Virus record (IMG/VR): IMGVR_UViG_3300025738_000009
Coordinates: 1-37,799 of that record
DNA: 37,799 nucleotides
Reading direction: 5' to 3' (one strand)
Source of the DNA: a virus
Lineage: Duplodnaviria; Caudoviricetes
Shown here: positions 26,415 to 36,692 of the stretch, piece after piece
Layout of the letters: each line of letters opens with the position of its first letter
How positions within the stretch are numbered: position 1 is the stretch's first letter
Made by a program: the position numbers and the translations under genes
Notes under the pieces: model-generated
Told to the model about the DNA's origin: nothing
The model's input: the letters and a program-made list of their open reading frames with translations, nothing else
The model's database searches: none

Positions 26415-28494
26415 TAGCGCAAAAATATACGACCTAACGGTTCGTCTTAAAGGCGATACCGCTGGCTATCAGTCGACCATAAAAAAAGCGACCACGACAA
26501 ACAATAAACTTACCAACTCGGTAACCGGTGTTAGTAAGGGTTTGACGGCGATTAATGGGCCGTTGAACGGAGTCACAGGGCGTTTTACTGCGATGTCTGG
26601 TTTAGTTTCAGGTACCGCTGGCGCTTATGCGGTGGCGGGTGCTTCTGTTGCTGCTTTTTCTTTGCTGATGGTATCCAGCATTAAAGAGCACGACCAACTT
26701 GCGCTACGAAATAAGAAGCAAGAAGCGCTATTAAGATCGACGGGCTATGCAGCAGGTTTTGCAGCCCATGAGCTTGATGCAATGGCTAAATCGATAGCGC
26801 TTAGTACATTGGCCAGTGTTGAAGGGATTAAGGACACACAGAACGTTTTATTAACGTTTAAGGGTGTTGCTGAAGAATCGTTTGAAGATGCCATTGTATT
26901 GTCGCAAGACATGGCCGCGGTAATGGGTACCGACTCTAAATCTGCAGCGTTGCAGTTAGGTAAGGCCCTTGAAAGCCCAACCGAAGGTATTTCGGCATTA
27001 AAGAAAGCGGGTGTGTCGTTCAGTAAAGCTGAGCGTGAAATGATTCGCAGCATGGAAGATGCGGGCAATGTTGCTGATGCGCAAAGCTACATTTTAGAAA
27101 CGCTAAAGAAGCAGATCGGTGGTGCAGGCCAAGCCGAGGCGGGAACGTTAGCCGGTGCGGTTGATACGTTAAGCCAGAGATGGCAAACGCTGAAAGTTAA
27201 TGTCGCAGAAGACTCTGGCGCCGCAGCGGGTATGCAAAACCTTGCAACGGGAATGGCTGCGATTATTGATCGCGTAAACCATTTAATGAAGCCCGATGAT
27301 AATAGCCGTTTGGCTGATTTATGGGTTGAAAGTGAAAATCTTAGAAACAGCTTAGATGCGCTGTATTCGGGCGACCGAGATACGTTTCTTTCTTGGATTG
27401 TCGGTACTGATTCTGACGCGATGAACGTCGAACGAAAGTTGAAAGCCGTCGAAACTGAGATGGAAGCAATTCGCGGACGCCAGAAAAAGCGTAAAGAAGA
27501 AGAGAAAGTTGCAGATGATGCGGCTGCTGAGAACAAAAAGAAAAAGTCTGATGAGCTTGTTGCTCAAAAATTAGAAGAAGAGAAAAAGAAAACAGCGATA
27601 ACACAAGCTAAGTACGCTGCTGATCTTGCTTCGATGGATATGCAGTTTGCGAGTGAAACTGAAAAGGTAGAGTTAAAGAATCAAAACCAATTAGCGCGCA
27701 TAGCAGAATGGCAGCTGAGCGAGCAGGAAATTACTGCTCGTGGTTTTGAAAGTTTGGCAGAGCTTCAAGATAGTTTCAGTGAAATAGCAGAGCAGAAAAA
27801 GCTTGATAGCTTAGAAAAGATAAAAGTGGCGACGTTGCAGGCAGAGGCGGATAAAACCAAGGCTTCAACGGATGCAGCTAAAGATCGAGCGGCAAAAGAA
27901 GCCGCGATTCAAAGATCTGGGCTTGCTGCTGCTTCTAGCACCTTCGGCCAGTTTAATGATGCGTTAGAAAAATCAGGTGGTAAGCGAAACAGTCTTTACA
28001 AGGCTATGTTTGCAGCTAAACAAGCTGCCGCCATTCCTTCAATGATTACAGATACCGAAGCCGCTTCTGCTTCAGCAATGGCTTCTTTACCTGGTGCAGC
28101 TGGTATTGCGTTGGGTGGTGTTGTTAAGGGAATCGGTTATGCCAGCATCGGATTGGTAGCCGGTCAAACTATTGCGGGTGTTGCCCACGGTGGTCTGGGC
28201 TACGTTCCAGAAGAATCAACTTACTTACTGCAGCGCGGTGAAAGCGTTCTGTCACCAAAGCAAAACGTATCGTTAAGCGAAGCGGCTGATCGTATTAACA
28301 ACGGTGGCGGTGGCGGCGGTGGTGCTCCAATCATTAATCTTTTTGAAGACGCTAGCAAAGCAGGCCAAGTTAATCAAAGTGGTGGTATGAATGCAGAAGA
28401 TGTTATTAGCATTTATGTTTCAAATATTAAACAGGGCGGTGAAGCGTCTCAGGTTAATGAGCAGTCTTACGGATTAGAACGGGTGGGTCGATGA
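26407..28494 (+). CDS. tail tape measure protein
   Basis: Ala-rich helical 695 aa; SAALQLGKALE.P..G.SAL; C-terminal GVAHGG...VP. Confidence 0.9.
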   Translation: MASSAKIYDLTVRLKGDTAGYQSTIKKATTTNNKLTNSVTGVSKGLTAINGPLNGVTGRFTAMSGLVSGTAGAYAVAGASVAAFSLLMVSSIKEHDQLALRNKKQEALLRSTGYAAGFAAHELDAMAKSIALSTLASVEGIKDTQNVLLTFKGVAEESFEDAIVLSQDMAAVMGTDSKSAALQLGKALESPTEGISALKKAGVSFSKAEREMIRSMEDAGNVADAQSYILETLKKQIGGAGQAEAGTLAGAVDTLSQRWQTLKVNVAEDSGAAAGMQNLATGMAAIIDRVNHLMKPDDNSRLADLWVESENLRNSLDALYSGDRDTFLSWIVGTDSDAMNVERKLKAVETEMEAIRGRQKKRKEEEKVADDAAAENKKKKSDELVAQKLEEEKKKTAITQAKYAADLASMDMQFASETEKVELKNQNQLARIAEWQLSEQEITARGFESLAELQDSFSEIAEQKKLDSLEKIKVATLQAEADKTKASTDAAKDRAAKEAAIQRSGLAAASSTFGQFNDALEKSGGKRNSLYKAMFAAKQAAAIPSMITDTEAASASAMASLPGAAGIALGGVVKGIGYASIGLVAGQTIAGVAHGGLGYVPEESTYLLQRGESVLSPKQNVSLSEAADRINNGGGGGGGAPIINLFEDASKAGQVNQSGGMNAEDVISIYVSNIKQGGEASQVNEQSYGLERVGR

Positions 28495-28976
28495 TTGATT
28501 TTACGCGTTATCCCGATAATAAATTATCGCTTCCACTTCTAAAAAATCACAGTCTAAAACGTAAGTCGATGCGGCTAGAAACCAAAATGGAATCTGGCTA
28601 TTCACGCTCGCGCAATCGTTTTCGCGGACCGCCTGCAGAGATGTCGGCCACGTTTTCTTTTAGTAATGATCAGCTAGAAATATTTGAGGGCTGGTATCAC
28701 CACCTAATCGGCAACGGCCAAGCGTGGTTTGTTATGTCGGTTAAAACGGGAACGGTTGTGGCTGATCACCAGTGCAAGTTCGTTGGTGATTATTCACAGA
28801 AACCGATCAGTCAAAGTATGACGACGGTGACTGCAAAATTATTAGTTAAAAACCTTCGCGTAATTAGTGAAGACGAAACAATTGGGCGCATTGGTGGCTA
28901 TGAATCGGCCACGCAAGCTGCTCATGATGCAGTAGATGAATCAATAACAAATTATGTATTAATTGGGGAAGAATAA
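28491..28976 (+). CDS. distal tail protein (gpM/Dit-like)
   Basis: T.MESG.SR.R.RF, FEGWY...G..WF; follows TMP. Confidence 0.7.
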   Translation: MIDFTRYPDNKLSLPLLKNHSLKRKSMRLETKMESGYSRSRNRFRGPPAEMSATFSFSNDQLEIFEGWYHHLIGNGQAWFVMSVKTGTVVADHQCKFVGDYSQKPISQSMTTVTAKLLVKNLRVISEDETIGRIGGYESATQAAHDAVDESITNYVLIGEE

Positions 28977-31900
28977 ATGAGCGCGTTAACAGATTTGTTT
29001 ACAGAGCTAGAGCTTCTAGTGGCTAAAATGGAGTCGATTGCATTTGGTGACGAAAATAAAATTGTAACGCATAACGGAGTTGATAGGCCGAGTTTAGCGA
29101 AAGAGATAGCTGATAAATTCACATCTCTTCAGTCTCTGGTTGGCGGGAAGATCCCCTTTTCGACTAAGGTTACATTAGCGGTTAGTGGTGCGCCTTCCAT
29201 TGATGCCAATGGTTACTATCCGCTTGCTTATGTTTGGAATGATCTTGATGGTGATAAAAATGGGCTTTATGGGTGGGATGGGGCTGCTTGGGTTAAGAAT
29301 GATTATGACTCAGTGAATTTTGCAGATGGTGCAAATGTATTGCTAGATCCTTTAAATCAGATGGTGGTATCTGTTCCGGATCTGAATGGGTTTAGTCATT
29401 TTATGAGTGGTGGTCATGTAGCTGTTGATAGTATTTTTTCTGGTGATGGAAACGCGCTGGAGTCGACGGTTGATGGGGCTCGGGTAGTGCGTGATTTTAA
29501 TATTCCTAGTGACTTCATTGGAAAATCTTTAGCTGTTCGAACGTATGCTGATTTTGATGTGGGTGGGGGTTATACGCTGGTGTATCGTGATGTTAATCGC
29601 AATATAATTAGTAGTAATAGCCTTTTTCCTGCTCCTGGTGCGGGTGGTAATTATTATAGTTTGCGTCGTGATGTGCCTGAAAATGCCACGACTTTGTCGG
29701 TTATGTTGGAGCCTAGTTCAGGGAAGGTTCGTGTACATTTTTATGGCGCGTCTTTTCAGGGGGTTCCGCGCCCATTCGAAATCGTTAATGCTAGTGTGTT
29801 GGTTGATGCTGCGAAAACTGTAACGGATGCTTCGATAAAGAGTGCTATTGATGCTGCGAAAGTTGTAACGGATGCTTCGATAAAGGATGTGGTTGATGCT
29901 GCGGTCGGCCATAACGTATTTGTAGATCCTTTGAACCAGGTGGTGCCGGCCATTCAAAACTTAAATGGATTTAGCCATTTTCTTAGCGGTGATCATGTAG
30001 TCGTTCCTAATATTTTTTCTCCGGATGGTGGCGCTTTAGAGTCGATAAGTGATGGCGCTCGTGTCGCCAGAGACTTTAATATTCCTAATGACTATGTTGG
30101 AAAATCTTTAGCTGTTCGAACGTATGCTGATTTTGATGTGGGTGGGGGTTATACGCTGGTGTATCGTGATGTTAATCGCAATATAATTAGTAGTAATAGC
30201 CTTTTTCCTGCTCCTGGTGCGGGTGGTAATTATTATAGTATGCGACTCGATGTTCCTGATAATGCAGCAGTTTTGTCGGTTATATTGGAGCCTAGTTCGG
30301 GGAAGGTTCGTGTACATTTTTATGGCGCGTCTTTTCAGGGGGTGCCGCAGCCTTCTGAGGTTATTAACTCAGTGGGTGTGTTTAACGCGCTGATAAAAAC
30401 TAGTAATATTTTGTTTGATTCGTTTAATCGATTTGCCAATGTTAATACTCGGATTGAAGGATTTAAAAGTGTTAATAGCGGCCGTATTTTTGATTCACAG
30501 AATGGGGTTACTAATCATCCAGTTTTGACTAATGCGGTTGACGATAGTTTTAATAAGTTTGAGCGCCTTTACAGTATGGAGCGGGCTGGGTTGATCGAGG
30601 CTGATTCGTTTAATTTGCGGGTATCGGTTTGGAGTGCGTCGGGTTGTACTGTAAAGATTCATTTTAGAACATCGACCGGTTCGGTTAGAGCGCTGGTTTC
30701 GACTAAAGTTGCATCGGCTGGATTTGTTGAATTGTCGTTTGATAATATTACTGTTTATTCAGATAGTCATTCATTGTCTGTTATTGTTGAAAACCCCTCT
30801 GGTGCTGCTGAATTAATTTCAAGTTTTGCGTCAAAGACGGGTGTTCCTTCTGATAATGAGATTCTACCGACTCCCTCTGAAATGGCGGAAGTTGTGGGTA
30901 TTGTTACTAATAGTGGTGTTGCGGGTGGGAAGTTAGTTGTTGATAGCGTTCAACTGAACCCAGCCAATTTATATGTGAATTCTGCGTTCGAAGTATCACC
31001 AGGATTATGGGAATTTATTGCTCAGGGTCAGGTATACCGTGTACTGACATCGGCTCCTGATGTCGTTGTTTGTGTGCCTGTTTCTGGCAAAGTAACGTTG
31101 GTATTAGTTTCTGGCCAGTCGTTATCGGTTGGCGCGTCTTCTGGTAATACGATTGATCCGGCGGCAAGTATTACGGGCTTTACTGGCCGCATGTTGATGC
31201 CTGGTGGTTCTAAGTCTCAAGGGGTAGAAGACTGGCCGCTTACTACTAATAGTATTTCGGCGTTGGGGTACTTAAAGAATGATTCAAACCTTTCTTGTTC
31301 GCCAGGAACAAGCGCTATTTATCAAGCTCTTAGTCTTGGTATCGATGCGTCTTTCTTATTACTGTCTCACGGCATAAGCGGTAAGCAGATTGAATATTTA
31401 CGTGATGGCAATTCTACGGCTAATGCGGCAATACAGCTGCAACGTGCTAAGTCGTTGATTGAATCTTATGGCTTGCAGGTTGATTCCCGTGTGCCAATGA
31501 TTTGGAATCAGGGTGAAGCGGATGGTACGGATACTAATTACGCTGATGATTTGATTAGCTTGGTAGAGATGTATAAATCTATGATCGCGACCCACTTGGG
31601 TTCTGGTTATAGTCTGACGTTTTTGGTTGATCAAGTCTCTCGGTCTTACAGTAAAGCCCCTGCATTGGCTCAGTATCAAGTGTGTGATTCTCGTGATGAT
31701 TGCATTATGGCGCTAACAAAAGCGCACATGCAGCTTAAATATAATATGAATGCAGAAACGGCAAATTCTGATGGCACTCATATGTCAAAACGTGGTTATT
31801 TCTTGATGGGTGCGTATTGGGGTAAAGCTATTTATGGCTTGCTTTCGCGCGGTGATTTTAATTCCCTTGATAAGCGCGCAATTACTATTGACGGCAATAA

Positions 31901-32219
31901 AATTCATGTTGATTTTATGGTTGCTGATAGTCGTTTGATTTTTGACTCTGCTATTGATGTTGCGAATCTTGGTTTTAGTTATGACGATAATTTAAGTAAT
32001 ACAATCTTGAGTGCCGAAATTGTCTCTCGCGATCGTGTGACTTTGACAATGAGTACTGATATTTCTTCTGCCAGTTTGCGTGTATTGGGGCTGGGTCGAA
32101 ATGTGGAGGTGACTGGTAATTATACGGGTTCGCCATTGCGTACAAATAGTCAGTTATTCGTTCCTGAGTTGAGTGAAAATCTTCATGACTGGGCGCTTTG
32201 TTGGGAGGTTGGCATCTAA
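28977..32219 (+). CDS. tail spike/fibre with repeated beta modules and SGNH (sialate O-acetylesterase-like) domain
   Basis: VSGQSLSVG, WNQGEAD and DGTH blocks; duplicated ~150-aa module. Confidence 0.8.
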   Translation: MSALTDLFTELELLVAKMESIAFGDENKIVTHNGVDRPSLAKEIADKFTSLQSLVGGKIPFSTKVTLAVSGAPSIDANGYYPLAYVWNDLDGDKNGLYGWDGAAWVKNDYDSVNFADGANVLLDPLNQMVVSVPDLNGFSHFMSGGHVAVDSIFSGDGNALESTVDGARVVRDFNIPSDFIGKSLAVRTYADFDVGGGYTLVYRDVNRNIISSNSLFPAPGAGGNYYSLRRDVPENATTLSVMLEPSSGKVRVHFYGASFQGVPRPFEIVNASVLVDAAKTVTDASIKSAIDAAKVVTDASIKDVVDAAVGHNVFVDPLNQVVPAIQNLNGFSHFLSGDHVVVPNIFSPDGGALESISDGARVARDFNIPNDYVGKSLAVRTYADFDVGGGYTLVYRDVNRNIISSNSLFPAPGAGGNYYSMRLDVPDNAAVLSVILEPSSGKVRVHFYGASFQGVPQPSEVINSVGVFNALIKTSNILFDSFNRFANVNTRIEGFKSVNSGRIFDSQNGVTNHPVLTNAVDDSFNKFERLYSMERAGLIEADSFNLRVSVWSASGCTVKIHFRTSTGSVRALVSTKVASAGFVELSFDNITVYSDSHSLSVIVENPSGAAELISSFASKTGVPSDNEILPTPSEMAEVVGIVTNSGVAGGKLVVDSVQLNPANLYVNSAFEVSPGLWEFIAQGQVYRVLTSAPDVVVCVPVSGKVTLVLVSGQSLSVGASSGNTIDPAASITGFTGRMLMPGGSKSQGVEDWPLTTNSISALGYLKNDSNLSCSPGTSAIYQALSLGIDASFLLLSHGISGKQIEYLRDGNSTANAAIQLQRAKSLIESYGLQVDSRVPMIWNQGEADGTDTNYADDLISLVEMYKSMIATHLGSGYSLTFLVDQVSRSYSKAPALAQYQVCDSRDDCIMALTKAHMQLKYNMNAETANSDGTHMSKRGYFLMGAYWGKAIYGLLSRGDFNSLDKRAITIDGNKIHVDFMVADSRLIFDSAIDVANLGFSYDDNLSNTILSAEIVSRDRVTLTMSTDISSASLRVLGLGRNVEVTGNYTGSPLRTNSQLFVPELSENLHDWALCWEVGI
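29518..30239 (+). repeat. intragenic direct repeat, 579-bp offset, 143-bp identical core
   Basis: 29518-29660 identical to 30097-30239; 45-bp tandem repeat at 29802-29903 in the linker. Confidence 0.9.
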
Positions 32220-32713
32220 TGTCCCAACTCCTAGAGACAGTCCATGCCTCAGTAACCGACGACATTCCACATCATACTCTTGAAATGCCGCATGCATCTT
32301 TCCCCAACGGCGTGATCCGTTGGGTTCAAGGGTTTAATGATGAAATCTTAGGTCTTGAAAGTGGCGAAATGGTGACGTTTGAGCAGATGCCTTTCGGAGT
32401 ATCGCTGGCTGATCGTTCCATGCGCGGCAATCAAGATCTACAGTTTCAGTTAGATAATGTCACGGGTGAAGCGTTGGGTTTGATTCGCGCGGTATTGAAG
32501 TCGGGTGTGACATTGCCCGTTATTTACCGCCCGTATTTAGAAAGCAATAAAGCGGCACCGGCTCAGGTGGCTATTGAAATGACCGCGACCAGTTTTACAG
32601 CTGATATGCAGTCGGTCAATATTATTGCTGACTTCCACGACTTCGTTAATAAGCTATGGCCAGTTTTGCGTTATACGCCCACGCTTGCGCCTGGTCTTAA
32701 ATTCGCTGCCTAG
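32219..32713 (+). CDS. minor tail protein (DUF1833 / gpL position)
   Basis: TLE..H..F, F...PF...L, QDL.F.LDNV.GE, YR.YL, YTP..APGL. Confidence 0.75.
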   Translation: MSQLLETVHASVTDDIPHHTLEMPHASFPNGVIRWVQGFNDEILGLESGEMVTFEQMPFGVSLADRSMRGNQDLQFQLDNVTGEALGLIRAVLKSGVTLPVIYRPYLESNKAAPAQVAIEMTATSFTADMQSVNIIADFHDFVNKLWPVLRYTPTLAPGLKFAA

Positions 32714-32749
32714 TAAGATCATCCAGCAACTCTTTTTCAAAAGAATCTT

Positions 32750-33193
32750 ATGAATTCATCACCCGATTTATCTCAGTACGAATCTGTTCCGTACGTCGAT
32801 GGCGGCCGATCTGTGTCTGCTGATCCTAAGTCGGGCGGTTTGGATTGCTTTGGTCTTGTTCGCCACGCGCTGCATTATCAGTTCGGAGGACCGTTATTGG
32901 AAAGTTTTTGCGGTATTTTTCGCTCTGATGAATCGCGAATGACGAGTGAATTTGATTCTTTTGTGAAAGAGGGTGTGGGTTCATTTGAATTGTGTTCGCC
33001 GCAAGCGGGGGCTCTTGCTTGCTGTTTTCATCGTACTGCGTGTGGTGATGTATTTCATCATATTGGTATCTGTGTCGATGCGACGAATGTGATGCATACG
33101 TCATCAAAATACGGCTATTCGGTGTTGCCAGTTCGGGTGTTTAAACGCCTGTCGAGCAAGGTTGAATTTTATAAATATGCGAAATCAATATGA
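32750..33193 (+). CDS. NlpC/P60 tail protein (gpK-like)
   Basis: PY.DGGR...GLDCFGLVR...HIGI.....MH. Confidence 0.85.
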   Translation: MNSSPDLSQYESVPYVDGGRSVSADPKSGGLDCFGLVRHALHYQFGGPLLESFCGIFRSDESRMTSEFDSFVKEGVGSFELCSPQAGALACCFHRTACGDVFHHIGICVDATNVMHTSSKYGYSVLPVRVFKRLSSKVEFYKYAKSI

Positions 33194-35757
33194 AAAACTT
33201 AGAGAGAATTATGTCTACTGATGCTCCTGTCGATTCTAGTGTTGAATTGCGTATTTATCCGAATCAATTTAAGCATGATGATTTTGAGAAAGTTAATTGC
33301 GCTGCGGGTATTACGTTGCACGATTATTTGATCGGTAATGTTCCGTCATATCATGAGCGACCCGTACCATTGTTTTCGGTGTTATTGAATGATAAGCCAT
33401 TGCCGTTCGATCAATGGAAATTAACGCGTTTTGCTGCAGGTGACTTGGTAGAGTGCATGATCGAGCCGAAAGATCCTGCAACGGCCGTGATGATTGTGAT
33501 CGCTGTGGCCTCGGCTGCTTATGCTATTCACATGGCTAACCAGCCGCTACCAGATACGTATAACAATACCTCGCCTAATGGTTCATCTATTTATGATGTG
33601 AACGCACAGGGTAACAAACCGCGATTGATGGGGACGGTTCCGGTGTTGTTGGGGCATCATAAAATCTATGCAGATTATTTGAATCTTCCGCGAACGGTTT
33701 ATAGAAATAATAAAAAAATACTCTATGCCATGTTGTCGTGTGGTGTAGGCGAAATGGAAATATTGCCTGAAAATATCTTGATTGGTGATACGCAGGTTTT
33801 AAAGTTTGGGGCGGATGTGACGTATCAAATATTCCAACCGGGTGCGAATGTATCTGGCCATGAAGCGCACTTGAATGAATATCGTTCTGTTGAAGTTGGC
33901 AGCAGCACGGGAACCAGTGGTTTAGAGTTGCAGGGTTCAGAGTTCGCGCTCGACTGGATTGTTCAGTACAACAGTTATTACTATGATGCGGCTGTTCAGG
34001 GGGATTCCAAAGCTCTCAGAATATATCGTTCGGTGTATGGTGCAGATGGCTTGTTGTATTCTCGTTATCCGTTCGACTGGCAGAAGGTGTATATAGGTAA
34101 AACAGGCAATAACTTAGTCAGCGTACCGCTCGAATTTTTTGATGCTAATAATAATTCGATCGGGGTTTTTCAGGTTGCGTCTAATGTATCTGTATCCGAG
34201 TCGGTTTTTGAAAAGCTTAATGATGATTTTACCGTGGACGCAACGTGGACAGGTTTTACGTCGGGTGGTCAGTTTCGGTATCGAGTTCTGAATATAGAGG
34301 ATGATATTGATCTTGTCGGTCCATTCTCGGCGGTGCCGTTTGGTGAAACTACGGATAAGTTAATTTTAGATTTTCGATTAAATAACGGATTAGCACGGCT
34401 GAATAACGATGGTGATGTGGGTTCGAATTCAGTAAAAATCGAACTGCAATGGCGCGTTAACGAAGGCGCGGTATGGCAAAAGCGTGTTGAGACTTTTACG
34501 GCCGCAACTCGAGACCAGTTGGCCTACACATTAGAAATCGCAGTTCCGGCTGGGTCAAAACCCGATGTGCGTATTCGTCGATTAACTGCGAATGCAGATG
34601 ATATTTTAATTAAAGATAAAATTGAATGGGTGTCTTTGCGTTCGTCTTTAAAATCAGCCACGTCTTATCCTGGTATTACAACGATCGCATTCGAGATTAC
34701 GGGTACTGATGAGTTAGCGAATGCTGCTGAAAATAAAATAGGTTTAGTGCCAACGCGTAAGCTGAAAAAATTCAACGGTGCTGGGGCTATGGTCGATCAT
34801 GGTCCAACCAGATCCATAAGCTCTGCCCTGTATGAGATCGCAACTGAGTTAGGCCATGAAATAGACATGGACGATCTGTGGCGATTGCATCAAGTTTGGG
34901 AAGCGCGCGGTGATAACTTTGATGCTGTTTATGACAATGCAACAACGTCTTGGAAAGCCATGCAGCAAGTATTGGCCGTTGGCTTCGCTGAGCCTACGCT
35001 TGATTTTGGTAAAATCATTCCCGTACGAGATGAAAAACGCACCTTCCTTGATTATCAATATCAGCCAGATAATATCCTACCGAATAGCTGGAAGATGGAT
35101 GGCTCGTTTGTCGATGCCAGCGAAAATGACGGTATTGAAGTTGAGTATTTTTCAGATAAAACGTGGAAGTCAGATACCGTGATGTGTTTGTTACCCGGTG
35201 ACGCGGGTGATAATCCTGAGAAAGTTCGTGCGTTTGGTATTACAGGTAAAGAGCAAGCGTATCGTTTTGGTATGCGAAAGCGGGCGACTCAAAAGCATAG
35301 ACGTATTCGTCATCAGTTCAGTACTGAGATGGATGCGCTGAATTCACGCTATATGTCACACGATGCACTCGGTATTGATATGCCTGGCTATTCGCAGACG
35401 GGGCGGGTAGAAGCGATTAGCGGTCGAGAGATTACGCTAAATCAAGATTTAGACTGGGCTGAAGGCGGTGTTTATTACATTGGCATCCGTAAGCCGACGG
35501 GCAAGGTCTCAGGGCCTTATCAGTGCACACCAGGTACTGCGTCTGATAGTGTTGTGATTAATGCGGATCTCGATTTTGTGCCGGTGTTTAATGGCGCCCA
35601 TGAGCCGCCTTATTTTATGTTCGGTAAGGCTGATGAGTGGTGTATTCCGGTGTTGGTTACGGATATTAAACCGACGGGTACCGATAGCGTGAAAGTGACT
35701 GCGTTTGAGTATTCTGACGATGTGTATTTGTACGATGATGCGGTATCGCCTGCGTGA
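33190..35757 (+). CDS. tail tip / host-specificity protein (gpI/J-like)
   Basis: 855 aa; S.IYDVNAQGN..RL...VP..LG.H; C-terminal VTA.EY.D.VY..D. Confidence 0.85.
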   Translation: MKNLERIMSTDAPVDSSVELRIYPNQFKHDDFEKVNCAAGITLHDYLIGNVPSYHERPVPLFSVLLNDKPLPFDQWKLTRFAAGDLVECMIEPKDPATAVMIVIAVASAAYAIHMANQPLPDTYNNTSPNGSSIYDVNAQGNKPRLMGTVPVLLGHHKIYADYLNLPRTVYRNNKKILYAMLSCGVGEMEILPENILIGDTQVLKFGADVTYQIFQPGANVSGHEAHLNEYRSVEVGSSTGTSGLELQGSEFALDWIVQYNSYYYDAAVQGDSKALRIYRSVYGADGLLYSRYPFDWQKVYIGKTGNNLVSVPLEFFDANNNSIGVFQVASNVSVSESVFEKLNDDFTVDATWTGFTSGGQFRYRVLNIEDDIDLVGPFSAVPFGETTDKLILDFRLNNGLARLNNDGDVGSNSVKIELQWRVNEGAVWQKRVETFTAATRDQLAYTLEIAVPAGSKPDVRIRRLTANADDILIKDKIEWVSLRSSLKSATSYPGITTIAFEITGTDELANAAENKIGLVPTRKLKKFNGAGAMVDHGPTRSISSALYEIATELGHEIDMDDLWRLHQVWEARGDNFDAVYDNATTSWKAMQQVLAVGFAEPTLDFGKIIPVRDEKRTFLDYQYQPDNILPNSWKMDGSFVDASENDGIEVEYFSDKTWKSDTVMCLLPGDAGDNPEKVRAFGITGKEQAYRFGMRKRATQKHRRIRHQFSTEMDALNSRYMSHDALGIDMPGYSQTGRVEAISGREITLNQDLDWAEGGVYYIGIRKPTGKVSGPYQCTPGTASDSVVINADLDFVPVFNGAHEPPYFMFGKADEWCIPVLVTDIKPTGTDSVKVTAFEYSDDVYLYDDAVSPA

Positions 35758-35818
35758 TAGATTTGCGCAGTGGTGCTGTTTTGGTTACTGTTGCGGAAAT
35801 TATCAAGGAGTGAGTGAA

Positions 35819-36295
35819 GTGAAGACTATTTTGTTAGCGGTTGTGTTTAGTGTGTTGACGGGTTGTGCCGGTTACGCCGTTGTTCCAGAAGCTGATCGTG
35901 GTTATGAGCTGGTTGTGGATCTGAAAGGGAAGGCTAAGGTCGATGTTTTCGATACTGCGAAGGAATGGTTTGGATTTACGTTTAGAAGTTCTCAGGACGT
36001 TATTCAGCAAGCCAATCCGCGTACGGGTCGAATCATAGCGAAGGCGGTTAGTATTGTTAATGTAGAGGGCGGGCTGATACCAGTTCCCGTGAATTTTCGT
36101 TATCAGGTTGTAGTTGATGCTAAAGATGGTAAAGCGCGGATTAAGTTCGGGCAGTATTCCTATGCTGATTACGGTACCGTTCCTGAGATTGCGCAGCACG
36201 TTAATCCGCTGAATGCGGAAATGAAAGAGCTTGCTGAGAGTTTTTCTGCGCACATGAAAGATGAGACGGATAGCGTAGCGAATGATGATTGGTAG
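35819..36295 (+). CDS. lipoprotein (DUF4468-like), possible moron
   Basis: RBS AAGGAG, GTG start, MKTILLAVVFSVLTGC lipobox; EWF..TF.SS..VIQ...G.II.K, KDGKARI. Confidence 0.75.
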   Translation: MKTILLAVVFSVLTGCAGYAVVPEADRGYELVVDLKGKAKVDVFDTAKEWFGFTFRSSQDVIQQANPRTGRIIAKAVSIVNVEGGLIPVPVNFRYQVVVDAKDGKARIKFGQYSYADYGTVPEIAQHVNPLNAEMKELAESFSAHMKDETDSVANDDW

Positions 36296-36314
36296 TTAGC
36301 GATCGGAAGTTAAG

Positions 36315-36348
36315 AAAGGCCCCTGCAGAGATGCAGGGGCCTTTTTTT
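36315..36348. terminator. bidirectional intrinsic terminator
   Basis: AAAGGCCCCTGCA-GAGA-TGCAGGGGCC-T7 between convergent genes. Confidence 0.9.
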
Positions 36349-36359
36349 GTGGGTGGCGT

Positions 36360-36692
36360 TTAGTACTTACCTTTGAAGTCGGGTTTCTCGTTTAGTTTTA
36401 TATCACCGTTGCCAGCCCCGTATTTTTTGAATAGGTCCACTAGCGCTTCTGCAATTAGGCGGTTAGCTGTTCGTTTCACGCCAGTTCCAGCTGGATCGAT
36501 AGTGTCTTTTAGATAGTTTAGATCCTGCTTCATTACGCGCGGCAGTTGTGTTTCAAGCCTTGCCATGGATTGTCCATGAAAGAACCGCTCAATAGATTCT
36601 TGTATTTTTTTCTCGGCATCAATCGCTTCATTGGTGTTGGTTAACGTGTCATTTTCTGGGCGATTACGTGGTCGATTAAATTCCGCAGCCAT
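36360..36692 (-). CDS. partition partner, ribbon-helix-helix-like centromere-binding protein
   Basis: TAATG overlap with parA; flexible N-terminus, then RLETQLP (strand), RVMKQDLNYLK and TANRLIAEALVDLFKKYG (helices). Confidence 0.7.
   Translation of the reverse strand: MAAEFNRPRNRPENDTLTNTNEAIDAEKKIQESIERFFHGQSMARLETQLPRVMKQDLNYLKDTIDPAGTGVKRTANRLIAEALVDLFKKYGAGNGDIKLNEKPDFKGKY

Noticed and set aside
29518-30239. Diversity-generating retroelement TR/VR pair
   Set aside because: No reverse transcriptase in the window; the core is identical rather than adenine-variable, and both copies are in-frame domains
15008-36253. Numerous antisense or alternate-frame ORFs inside late genes
   Set aside because: They shadow well-supported genes and show no motifs or RBS
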